Positions 10,380-20,508 of a DNA stretch of 64,000 bases are shown one piece after another. The notes beneath the pieces were generated by a model. The model did no database searches. It was not told where the DNA came from and saw only the letters and a program-made list of their open reading frames with translations. The position numbers and the translations under genes are program-made. The stretch is from IMG/VR virus record IMGVR_UViG_3300037047_000246; one strand, written 5' to 3'. Position 1 is the stretch's first letter, and the number at the start of each line of letters is the position of its first letter. Origin of the DNA: a virus. Its lineage: Duplodnaviria > Caudoviricetes.

Positions 10380-13300
10380 ATGGCTACTCGACGCTACGCC
10401 AAAGCACTGGTGTCCAATAAAGACATCAAATTTGATCGATGGATGGATGAGATTCGCGCGCAAAATGAAGGCGCGGTCCCCAAGAACCACATCCATCGCG
10501 TCGCTAACGTCATTCTCAGGAAAGCTGATCCGAAGCAGTACCTGCTGAGCCACGCGACGATTGTGGCATCGGTGGACACGTATGCGCCGAAGAATGTGAA
10601 GCTTGGTAGGCAGACCAACCGCGGCGTCCAGATTGACGTCAGGTATCCAGACTTTCGGATTAAGCCTCAAAACCACAGCCTCATTAACAACAACTGCTGT
10701 CCGCCAGACACTATGATTTTGATGCAGGACGGCACAGAGAAGCCGATTCAGAATGTTGTTGTCGGCGACATGGTCATCTCCCACACGGGACACGCTCGCA
10801 AAGTGACGCAGGTCTTTGTCCATCCTCACAAGGGATTCGTTTACTCGGTAAGGCGCCGCGGCGACTCCCGTCGACTCGTGGTGACCGGTGAGCATCCTGT
10901 GCATACGAATAGGCCGACGCGTGTCGGGGCGAGAACATGCTTCAATCCTGCTGCCCCTTTCGAATTCGTATCTGCGGGGCTGCTCAAAAAATTCGACCTG
11001 CTGCATACGCCGAAGCTTCAGTCCTCTTCAGGATTTGAAGTGTCTCCAGGAAAGGCCAAACTCATCGGGTACTTCTTGGCTGAAGGATATTTTTACAAGC
11101 AGTCTCCGAATCGAGTCAGCAGTCTCTTTCGAGACGCGTTTCCTGGCCTGGCCAGCATTCCGTGCAGCTTGGAATTTTCTCTGTGCAAGGACGAATCTGA
11201 TACAATCGCTGCAACGATTGTCAGGCTCCTTAGAGATGAATTCGGTCTCGATGCGGTGGTGAAGCCTTCGCGCACAACTCCGAACGGGATCGTTGTTTCA
11301 AGTTCTCGTTCTCTAGAAGCGGTGCAGTTTTTTCTACATCATTGCGGAGAGGGTGCTGCCACCAAGCGCGTTTCCTTGGACGTGATGGGTATGGATCCAA
11401 CACTGCAGCTTCTAGTGCTGCAGGGTTGGCTGGAAGGTGACGGCACAGTCAAAAAGACTCTCACCGGTTGGCTTTCTGCTTCCAGCTCTTCAAAAGATCT
11501 GGCCTCACAATTGATCCACATTGCTCATCGATGCGGCATCGTGGCTTCACGTTTTTCAATTGTGAGATCTGGCAGAAGGCGCGTGAAGCTAGCTAACGGT
11601 TTCTACTCCACTGTTCAAGATGCTTCGAAAGTTTGTTATTCGAACGTCATCACGATCAATTCTTTGGACGCTGAAGCAGCTGTCCGCGGATCGTGGTTGG
11701 AAGAAGCCCACCGCACAGCCGCTTCCAATTTGAAGAAGCATTCGTTCCTGCAGTTTAGAGTTCAACCCGACAAGATCATCACTCAGATCTTGGACGTTCG
11801 CCGCGAAGATTACGTGGGGACGGTGTACAACTTTGAAACTGAGGTGGACCACAGTTACGTCGCCAATGGTGTCGCTGTGCACAACTCTGACGCGTGGGAG
11901 AGGTCGTTGCTACTCTCCACCTACAGAACGTTCATCGGCGCGCCAAATTACCTCGAGCACATTCAGCTGCCTGAATTGTCCAAGGGCTTCATCATTGACG
12001 CCATCTCGCGGGATCTTGGTCAGACCTGCTACATCGACATCCTAGTTGGCACCGATCGCAAACATGGCAAGCTCGTGTCCGACATCCTGTCCGGCGAGCT
12101 GGCAGCCCTCAGCATGGGCTGCCATTTGCCTGGAACGCGAGTCACGCTCGCTGATGGCACTATCATCCCGATCGAGGACATTCGTCCAAATATGTACGTG
12201 GTGTCCCAGAAGGGCAATCCTTGCCGCGTTGATAACTTGCAAGTCAGGCAAAACCGGTGGTCGATCCGGCGCATTAAGGCGTCGGGGTTGCCCGCGTTGC
12301 TGTCGACAGACAACCACAAATACTATGTGGTGCCCCGCCAAGATCTGAAAACCGAGAAACGGTACGGCCGCAATATTCTTTTGCCTGCGCCATATCGATT
12401 GGAGCACATGGAAGCTGGCGACATCCGAAAAGGAGACGTCGTCGCCACGCCAATCCCCACTGCTGTTGCCGCGCCGACAGTGTCTTTGCAAGAGGCCCGA
12501 CTGCTTGGTCTGTGGATAGGCGATGGATGGAAATGGGAAAACAAGCACGATTCGACTGTTGGCATTGGTGTTTGCTGCGACGCTGCAGACATTGAACTGT
12601 CGAGCGAGATCGAGCAAACGATCAACCAAATCTCCTGGAGCGCAGGAGAAATGCGGCTCGCAGTTGGCGGGCAAACGCCCAAGCGTGTGTCCGTGTCCAC
12701 GCGTCGCAACGCGCGCTATTTGGTGTCATCCAGCCGCGCCGCGCGGCGCATTATTGATGCGCACACCACTGGCAGGAAAGCTCTAGACAAATCCATCGGA
12801 CAAGATGTCATGTCGTGGCCGCAGGCGCATCAATTGGCATTTCTGTCGGGAGTTGTCGACTCTGACGGCTGTGTCAGCACGACCCGTCGCGGCACCAAGC
12901 AAGTATTCATATCGACCCGCAATGAAAACCTGGCCAACCAGTATTTTTTGATGCTCGCCCGATGTGGAATTGTTTCCACGGTGTCGGCTATCAAGCGGGG
13001 CGGCACGCGAATGCTGCCCGGGGCTTCCGGCACAGACTACCAGATACGGATTCGCAATGATCAGGTGACGCAGATTCCGGCGCTCAAGATCCGCCGCCAC
13101 GCTGCCGACATCCGGTACATACCTGGCAACTCCGATCGATGGATTGCAGGCGAATATCTGTTCTCGCGTGTGAAGCAAGTGGATAAGCTTGAGCATTCTG
13201 GATTTGTCTACGACATGGAAGTGGACGACGACCACTCCTATGTGGCAAATGGCGTGGGGGTGTCCAACTGCATCTCTCTGTTCACTATCTGCACCAAGTG

Positions 13301-14420
13301 CGGCAACATTGCAGCCGACGACGCGCAACTTTGCCCGTGCGTGCAATATGAGGGCAAAGGCACTCCGTACGCGGACGAAGACGGCGTTCAGCACCCGATT
13401 TCAGAGTTGATCGGGCATGTGACTGTGCCAAATTCCAATCAGTTCATCGAGGCCTCGTGGGTGAAAAACCCGGCATTTAAGGGTGCCGTGCGGCGGAACT
13501 TCTTGAATGCCGATACCGTGGCCATTGCTTCAAAGCTCGGCGAAGCTGCGCGAGTTTACGAACTCAAGCAAACGGAGTCACATCCTGACGAGCTCAAGCG
13601 CGCAGCATCCACGCTGAGGCGAGCTCAGGGACAAGACGAAGAGATTCCTGTAGACGACTCCGCTGCTGGTCAGGGGCAAAGCACCGATCAGGGGCAAAGC
13701 ACTGACGGCGGACAGAGCGATTTGGACGACCTCAGTCAGAGCGGAGATCTTGGCGGCGACCAAGGCGGAGATCTTAGCGATCTTGGCGGCATGCCTGGGC
13801 CGAGCGGCGGACCCGGTGGACCCGGTGGCGGATCCGGTGGCGGATCCGGTTTAGGTGGCCAAAGCCAAAGCGGACAAGGTCAGGGTCAAGGTCAGGCAGA
13901 CAGCAAAGGTGGCATAGAAGAGATGCTTGAACAAGCTCAACGCATGCTTGTTGAGAATCTTGTCAAAGCTCTCGGAGAAAAGCTCGCCCCCAAGCCTGAA
14001 GACGTGGAGAGCGTTGTGTCGTCTCCTGACTGGGAAGTTGCTGGAGGCAACGACAATTTGGTGCATGCGTCCACGGATTTTTCGGCTAAGCTTCGCAAAA
14101 AGTTTAGCAACAAGAAGCTGATCCGTTGGGCTGAAAACGTCCACCGCATTGTGCATGAAGGCGGACAAAAGGCAATTGCAGCGCACAGGATCAGTACTCG
14201 CGATCTAATAGTCCTTTCATGGATTGAAGATCGCATGAACGGTCGCAGTTATTCGTCAAATCTTTACAAGATAGCGATGAATGTTGGCGCACCGTCTTCG
14301 TACCCCAGCATGAAGTCTTTTGTGGCTGCATGCGACATGAAGCTTGGAAGAGCTTCTACGGACTCAGAGCGAGAGTTTTTCATTCGGAAAGGCAAGATTG
14401 CCTCTCTGGTTGAGTTTTAA
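10380..14420 (+). CDS. Prohead (capsid maturation) protease with two inteins and a G/Q/S-rich C-terminal extension
   Basis: Spliced product of about 566 aa has INNN|SDAW, NYLEH and LSMG|C motifs typical of phage prohead proteases. Lies before scaffold and capsid genes. Confidence 0.75.
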   Translation: MATRRYAKALVSNKDIKFDRWMDEIRAQNEGAVPKNHIHRVANVILRKADPKQYLLSHATIVASVDTYAPKNVKLGRQTNRGVQIDVRYPDFRIKPQNHSLINNNCCPPDTMILMQDGTEKPIQNVVVGDMVISHTGHARKVTQVFVHPHKGFVYSVRRRGDSRRLVVTGEHPVHTNRPTRVGARTCFNPAAPFEFVSAGLLKKFDLLHTPKLQSSSGFEVSPGKAKLIGYFLAEGYFYKQSPNRVSSLFRDAFPGLASIPCSLEFSLCKDESDTIAATIVRLLRDEFGLDAVVKPSRTTPNGIVVSSSRSLEAVQFFLHHCGEGAATKRVSLDVMGMDPTLQLLVLQGWLEGDGTVKKTLTGWLSASSSSKDLASQLIHIAHRCGIVASRFSIVRSGRRRVKLANGFYSTVQDASKVCYSNVITINSLDAEAAVRGSWLEEAHRTAASNLKKHSFLQFRVQPDKIITQILDVRREDYVGTVYNFETEVDHSYVANGVAVHNSDAWERSLLLSTYRTFIGAPNYLEHIQLPELSKGFIIDAISRDLGQTCYIDILVGTDRKHGKLVSDILSGELAALSMGCHLPGTRVTLADGTIIPIEDIRPNMYVVSQKGNPCRVDNLQVRQNRWSIRRIKASGLPALLSTDNHKYYVVPRQDLKTEKRYGRNILLPAPYRLEHMEAGDIRKGDVVATPIPTAVAAPTVSLQEARLLGLWIGDGWKWENKHDSTVGIGVCCDAADIELSSEIEQTINQISWSAGEMRLAVGGQTPKRVSVSTRRNARYLVSSSRAARRIIDAHTTGRKALDKSIGQDVMSWPQAHQLAFLSGVVDSDGCVSTTRRGTKQVFISTRNENLANQYFLMLARCGIVSTVSAIKRGGTRMLPGASGTDYQIRIRNDQVTQIPALKIRRHAADIRYIPGNSDRWIAGEYLFSRVKQVDKLEHSGFVYDMEVDDDHSYVANGVGVSNCISLFTICTKCGNIAADDAQLCPCVQYEGKGTPYADEDGVQHPISELIGHVTVPNSNQFIEASWVKNPAFKGAVRRNFLNADTVAIASKLGEAARVYELKQTESHPDELKRAASTLRRAQGQDEEIPVDDSAAGQGQSTDQGQSTDGGQSDLDDLSQSGDLGGDQGGDLSDLGGMPGPSGGPGGPGGGSGGGSGLGGQSQSGQGQGQGQADSKGGIEEMLEQAQRMLVENLVKALGEKLAPKPEDVESVVSSPDWEVAGGNDNLVHASTDFSAKLRKKFSNKKLIRWAENVHRIVHEGGQKAIAAHRISTRDLIVLSWIEDRMNGRSYSSNLYKIAMNVGAPSSYPSMKSFVAACDMKLGRASTDSEREFFIRKGKIASLVEF
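10695..11885 (+). mobile_element. Intein a (397 aa) in protease, LAGLIDADG
   Basis: CCPPDTMILMQDG ... SYVANGVAVHN|S. Motifs LIGYFLAEG and LQGWLEGDG. Confidence 0.92.
12120..13268 (+). mobile_element. Intein b (383 aa) in protease, LAGLIDADG
   Basis: CHLPGTRVTLADG ... SYVANGVGVSN|C. Motifs LLGLWIGDG and FLSGVVDSDG. Confidence 0.92.
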
Positions 14421-14462
14421 AGCATTGATGAGGAAAGTCCCCAATAGGAGGCATTTCAGGCC

Positions 14463-15632
<1,170 letters not shown>

Positions 15633-15642
15633 TGCAAGGTTT

Positions 15643-15674
15643 GAGGAGCCCAGTACTGCTGGGCTGGGCTCCTC
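15643..15674 (+). terminator. GC-rich hairpin after the scaffold gene
   Basis: GAGGAGCCCAG / CTGGGCTCCTC 11-bp stem; no U-tract. Confidence 0.4.
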
Positions 15675-15849
15675 GGAGACATACGCAAACAGGATACGCA
15701 GACGAGTTAACAGTTACTGAGGTTTGGTCAAAAAGCTGATTGACGACAATCTAATGGGGCAACGGTTTCGCGGCAACGGACTGAAACCACTCCAGAAGTG
15801 AAGCGTCGGACATGACCCGTAGACCAGGCTGAAGGAAGCTGGAGGAACA

Positions 15850-16518
15850 ATGGGAAGCATCGGTGGTCTCGCATCAGGCGACTTTCGCCTCAGCCAAGGG
15901 GCTCTGCGGATCCTGTATCACATTGCGAAGGACAACATTCCGGTCCTGGCAAGTGACGGGTTCACTCAGAACAACCCCAACGTGGTGGTCAACCCGCTCG
16001 CAGTGTCTACTACTCTTCCAACGAACGTGAAGAGGGGCGCTCTTGGCGGATCGGTCGCCTTCACTCGACCCGACGTCGGGTCCAATACCGTAGGCGGCGC
16101 CGTTCTCGTGAACGCGGCTTACGTGGTCAACACTCGGCCTCTCGGTCTCTTCATCAACGATGCGCTCGGCAATTCGTTCGAGAACACGCCCGGCGTGGCC
16201 TCGGGCAAGGGCCCGTTCGTCCGCGGCGGCGCGGCTGGCATCAAGATCTACGAGACCCAGCAGCAGACTCTCGTCGGCGGCGGCGCTGTTGGCGACCCGC
16301 TGGCAGCGTACGGCAATGGACAGAAGCTGTATGCGTCGGTGAATGGCTACCTGACCAATCGTTGGCAGGACTCGTACGAGGCGCAGTGGCTTACCGCGGC
16401 TGTTCTCGGATCTGGCGGCGGCGGCGTTGCCATCGAGCCGGACGTGACCTGTATGGGCATCGTCCTTTCACCCCCTGACGCAACGAGCGCCGAGCTCTTC
16501 GCCGAGCTCAAGTACTGA
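15850..16518 (+). CDS. Putative head decoration / capsid-stabilising protein
   Basis: GGAGGA RBS; Gly/Ala/Val-rich protein immediately before the capsid gene; strong codon bias. Confidence 0.6.
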   Translation: MGSIGGLASGDFRLSQGALRILYHIAKDNIPVLASDGFTQNNPNVVVNPLAVSTTLPTNVKRGALGGSVAFTRPDVGSNTVGGAVLVNAAYVVNTRPLGLFINDALGNSFENTPGVASGKGPFVRGGAAGIKIYETQQQTLVGGGAVGDPLAAYGNGQKLYASVNGYLTNRWQDSYEAQWLTAAVLGSGGGGVAIEPDVTCMGIVLSPPDATSAELFAELKY

Positions 16519-16532
16519 GAGGAGAAGAAGCC

Positions 16533-17420
16533 ATGGCATTCGGCGTACAGGTAGTTGACAACACCATCAAAGAGCAAGTGATCGACAGGTACATCGGTAC
16601 CTCTCAGGGTCGCAAGCGCATCGCTTCGTCGATGATTCAGTCGCTGCGCGAGCGCCGCGACTATAGCTCCGTCGGCCGCAAGACGTTCCTCGTCGAGCAG
16701 CTTCCCGACGGCGCTCTTCCGATCTACGACAAGGACCCTGATGTGGTCGCGTACGTGATCGGCGAGGAAGGCGAGAGTATCACCGCCGTGGCCAAGCCGC
16801 GCCGCGTGATCTTCCCGCTGTTCGAGATCGCGGCTCTGCCCAAGTCCCCGCTGACGCAGGTCAAGGAGCGTCGGTACGACCTCCTGAAGCGCATGCAGGA
16901 CCTCGGCAAGGCCCAGATCCAGGCCGCTGAAGACGACCGCGTCTTCTCGATCATGGACGCCATCGCGATCAACGGTTTCGACTCGCTTCCGGGCGGGACG
17001 AACCCCGACATCCCCGTGGTTGCCCCGATTTCCCCGGCCGTTCTCGCGGACGCCTTCTCGGAGATCGAGCGTCACGACCTGCGCGTCGCTCGCGTTTACA
17101 TGAACGCGACTGACTACGCTGACATCCGCAAGTTCGGCCGCGACGTGCTCGACATCGAGTCGCAGGCGACCCTGTGGAAGACCGGCATGATGGCCACGGG
17201 CTGGAACGCCCAGTTTGTCGTGTCGCGTCTCGTGCCGGCCGGCGTTGTGTACATCTGCTGCGAGCCCGAGCAGTTCGGCCGCATCCCGGTGCGCACTGAG
17301 CTGACCGTGCTGTCGGCGGACAACCCGGAAGAGCGCACGATTGGCTTCAGCATGTTCGAGAACATTGGCATTGGCGCATATAACCCGCGCGGCCTTGTTC
17401 GTCTCATCGTTCAGCGCTGA
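16533..17420 (+). CDS. Major capsid protein (HK97-like fold expected)
   Basis: 295 aa, last gene of the head module, strongest codon bias, GAGGAG RBS; PIYDKD and PLFEIA motifs recalled from large-phage capsid proteins. Confidence 0.8.
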   Translation: MAFGVQVVDNTIKEQVIDRYIGTSQGRKRIASSMIQSLRERRDYSSVGRKTFLVEQLPDGALPIYDKDPDVVAYVIGEEGESITAVAKPRRVIFPLFEIAALPKSPLTQVKERRYDLLKRMQDLGKAQIQAAEDDRVFSIMDAIAINGFDSLPGGTNPDIPVVAPISPAVLADAFSEIERHDLRVARVYMNATDYADIRKFGRDVLDIESQATLWKTGMMATGWNAQFVVSRLVPAGVVYICCEPEQFGRIPVRTELTVLSADNPEERTIGFSMFENIGIGAYNPRGLVRLIVQR

Positions 17421-17438
17421 GAATCGGTTCTGAGGCTT

Positions 17439-17477
17439 TCTTGAGGCCATCCACATAATATGTGGATGGCCTCAAGA
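17439..17477. terminator. Perfect 18-bp inverted repeat after the capsid gene
   Basis: tcttgaggccatccacat-aat-atgtggatggcctcaaga. Confidence 0.7.
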
Positions 17478-17526
17478 CTATTTGCCATTCTCGAACAAAC
17501 TTATTTCTTTTATTGTAAGTTCGAGA

Positions 17527-19146
17527 ATGGACTCTTGCTCCATATGTGGCAAATCAGAACCTGAGGTGGCTTTTTATTTCCGGAAAGCCAAAAACGACAA
17601 ATCCTACGCGTCTCCATACTGCAAGGAATGCGAGCGGAAGAAAGCCCGTGAGGCTAAAAAGCTCAGATATCACGACCCAGTTAAGGGTCAAAATATGAAA
17701 GCACGGGCAGCTGAGAGAGCGTCGCAGCCTGAATATCGGGAGGCAGTCAATTCTGCATTTAGGATCAAGTATTCAACTGACCCACAGTATAGGCAATCGG
17801 TGCTTGACCGTATGCGGGACAACAGGGCAGACGACGTCAAAAACCGGGTAATCAGGAGTAGGGCCGCTGCTTATTACCAGCGCAACCGCAAGCGCATAGT
17901 GGCGCAGAATACTAAGAGGGCGGCGGAAAATCCAAGGATCAGAATTCGCGGCTTCATGCGCGGGAGAATAAGCGAGGCGCTATCCAGTCATGGGAAATTG
18001 AAAGGTGGAGTTGCATCTTTGCAGTATTTGAATTATTCTTGGGAGGATCTATATCGCCACCTGGAGTCTCAATTTGCGGACTGGATGAATTTTTCGAATT
18101 ATGGGTCTGGGCCCGGCACGTGGCAAGTTGACCACATAATCCCGCAGGTTTTCTTTCCGTATGATGACATGGACTCGGAGTTATTTAGGTGGTGCTGGGA
18201 CCTGAAGAATTTGCGCCCACACCCATCAGATCTCAACGCTCAAGAAGACGATAGACGGCATTTACTGGGTGATCCAAGGGACATCCGACTCTTGTTTCAA
18301 GAGTTGCGGTTACCTCGAGTGGAGTTGAAGGAAAATCAGCAGGATGTGCTATGTGCTGCTGCTAGAATCCAGCCAGTGGCTGGAGCCTGCTCAATGTCTA
18401 TGGTTGGTCTGAACTTCCTTGATTCAATATTCACTACCCGATTCGGGTCCAGTACTGCACGATTCCCATCTCTGGAGAAAGCGCTGCTCAACGACCAGAT
18501 GCTGTACGAGGCTGTCATATGTCTAATCAAACGAGAGGAAAGAGTGACCCCAGGGGCAGTCCACTCGGCCATCAGGTACAGAGTTAGGACTCCTGGTCAT
18601 TTCTTTCCGATGGCTGCAGTGTCCGTGCTCAAACGATACGGGATGGGCATGCACGTGTTCGACCCGTTTCTCGGATGGGGCGGTCGATGTATGGCTGCCC
18701 TATGTACGGATGTCTCGAGTTATACCGGGTGTGATTTACAGTCAGAGGTCGTAAACGGGTGTTCGACTCTCGCTCACGCTTTCGGTTCACCACGGCCTGT
18801 AACTGTGCTGCATGTCGATGCGCTGGAGTTTCTGAAATCTACGAGTCAAAAATTTGGGTTGATATTCACAAGTCCCCCGTACATGGACACTGAGGACTAC
18901 GGGATAGAGTCGGATGCTATGCGTGCCGGGTGGTTAGACTCATTTGTTTTCCCGCTAGTGGAACAGTTTAGTACTCACTTGGAACACGGAGGTCGGGTTG
19001 CGCTACACTTGAAAGATGTTAAGGGTGCACCAACTTTTACTGCATATCACGCAGCGATGAAGGCTTATGGGTTTGTCCAAACAGGCAGACACAAGTACGG
19101 CAGAACATGGACGCAATCCGTGTATGTTTATGAACGTCCTTCATGA
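17527..19146 (+). CDS. Zn-finger + HNH-like nuclease fused to an N4C/N6A DNA methyltransferase
   Basis: CSIC..CKEC; WQVDHIIP...NLRP..N (HNH-like); VFDPFLGWGG (motif I); FTSPPY (motif IV). Confidence 0.8.
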   Translation: MDSCSICGKSEPEVAFYFRKAKNDKSYASPYCKECERKKAREAKKLRYHDPVKGQNMKARAAERASQPEYREAVNSAFRIKYSTDPQYRQSVLDRMRDNRADDVKNRVIRSRAAAYYQRNRKRIVAQNTKRAAENPRIRIRGFMRGRISEALSSHGKLKGGVASLQYLNYSWEDLYRHLESQFADWMNFSNYGSGPGTWQVDHIIPQVFFPYDDMDSELFRWCWDLKNLRPHPSDLNAQEDDRRHLLGDPRDIRLLFQELRLPRVELKENQQDVLCAAARIQPVAGACSMSMVGLNFLDSIFTTRFGSSTARFPSLEKALLNDQMLYEAVICLIKREERVTPGAVHSAIRYRVRTPGHFFPMAAVSVLKRYGMGMHVFDPFLGWGGRCMAALCTDVSSYTGCDLQSEVVNGCSTLAHAFGSPRPVTVLHVDALEFLKSTSQKFGLIFTSPPYMDTEDYGIESDAMRAGWLDSFVFPLVEQFSTHLEHGGRVALHLKDVKGAPTFTAYHAAMKAYGFVQTGRHKYGRTWTQSVYVYERPS

Positions 19147-19192
19147 TATTTGTTCTGTAATTGGCGGACACCTCGCCTTGTAAAGTGACTAC

Positions 19193-19492
19193 ATGAGTCG
19201 CCGCCAGTCTCCTTTTCCCAAGTGTGGCCCTGGCAGACCCGAGTTGAGCGCGGCCGAGAAACGGCATCGAGACAAATGCAAGCGCTTGGCGGACAAGCTC
19301 AGACGCACGGGCGTTGACGCCGCATACTACGTGGTTAGCGAATCCGGAAAGCTTTGGGGAGCGTTCGCGGAATTTTCCGGATGGAGCGGCGCAAAGCGGG
19401 CGCTTGACCTGTCCAGTCTGCCGGTCGGTTCTGTGGTCCTTCGGTCAGACGGCGTGGAGCTGGCGAGGCGCCACGCAAAAATTCCCTGCTGA
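19193..19492 (+). CDS. Hypothetical protein
   Basis: 99-aa ORF filling the gap after the methyltransferase. Confidence 0.5.
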   Translation: MSRRQSPFPKCGPGRPELSAAEKRHRDKCKRLADKLRRTGVDAAYYVVSESGKLWGAFAEFSGWSGAKRALDLSSLPVGSVVLRSDGVELARRHAKIPC

Positions 19493-19806
19493 CCCGCTGG
19501 CATGCCATCGACGTTTTGTCGGCAGGCTGTGCGATGCCTGCAAATCGCAAGTCTTCCGTGGCCAAGCGGAGCCCCGGCCCCATCGGGCGCTACCTTGACT
19601 TGATCAGGCGCCGCAAGGTGCGCTCCTTGCTGGTGCTGTGCAGGTTGAGAAAACACATCTCCGCAGCAGAGTTCAGCTCCGCGTGCAAGGAGGAGCTGGA
19701 GTGCGCGTTCGCCCTGGCTGCCACCTTCTTTGCTCTCGGATTGGTTGCGGGAGCAGCGGCTGCGCTGCTCGCCTGGCGGTGAACGTCCTGGAAAGTCCTG
19801 CCCGGA

Positions 19807-20406
19807 TCAGTCGCTTATTGTGACCCTCAGCAGCTGGCCGCCTACAAGCGGCACTTGGATTCCGTCTTTGATCTGCATGAACGTCTTCTTGACGTCCATC
19901 TTGACGTCCAGGGCGTCCAGCACGCCTTTCACCTGCGTCCAGCTGATGGACGCCGTGCGGCTCGCTCCACCCGCGGATGCGATCCGGTCAGAGCTCTTCT
20001 TTATAGCTCTCAGCACATCTGCCGGAGACTCGAACAACCCCATGTCCCTGTCCATCGAGCCGCCAAGTTGGGTGACGTCGTACCCCTCCTTGTACCGGCT
20101 TATGCCGAACATGGCATGTGCGCCGCTCGGTGTGACTCTGAGAATGTTGAACACCCCGTGGTTCAAATTCGGCAGATATACGCTCAGAAGCTCCTTCTCA
20201 GGCACTTCAGTCGCCTTTTCCGGGCTCCAGATGTCGCTGACCAATTTCCAGCTGCCGGCGGCAGGTGCGCTGGGGTCTTTGCCGGTGCCGTTGCAGCGCA
20301 GGCAGTCCTCCAGCGTTCTTGCATCAAACCCGCTGCCTCTGCACTGACTGCACTGCTCCGGACCGCGCACGGCGGCTACTCTTGCGGCGATGGCGAAGAC
20401 GTTCAT
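19807..20406 (-). CDS. Hypothetical protein with DnaJ-type CxxCxGxG zinc-finger repeats
   Basis: CSQCRGSG and CLRCNGTG; N-terminal IAARVA motif. Confidence 0.7.
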   Translation of the reverse strand: MNVFAIAARVAAVRGPEQCSQCRGSGFDARTLEDCLRCNGTGKDPSAPAAGSWKLVSDIWSPEKATEVPEKELLSVYLPNLNHGVFNILRVTPSGAHAMFGISRYKEGYDVTQLGGSMDRDMGLFESPADVLRAIKKSSDRIASAGGASRTASISWTQVKGVLDALDVKMDVKKTFMQIKDGIQVPLVGGQLLRVTISD

Positions 20407-20508
20407 GACCGAGTCTGCCGATTAAAAATTCGGCAGACGAATTGGCGCTAAGTTTTGCCGGGGCTACGTTCGGTATGGTTCGTACTGAAACCCATACTGG
20501 AGACCCAC

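Noticed and set aside
19500-19800. ORF 19516-19782 with a hydrophobic C-terminus (holin-like)
   Set aside because: Weak start signals and several competing frames; insufficient support.
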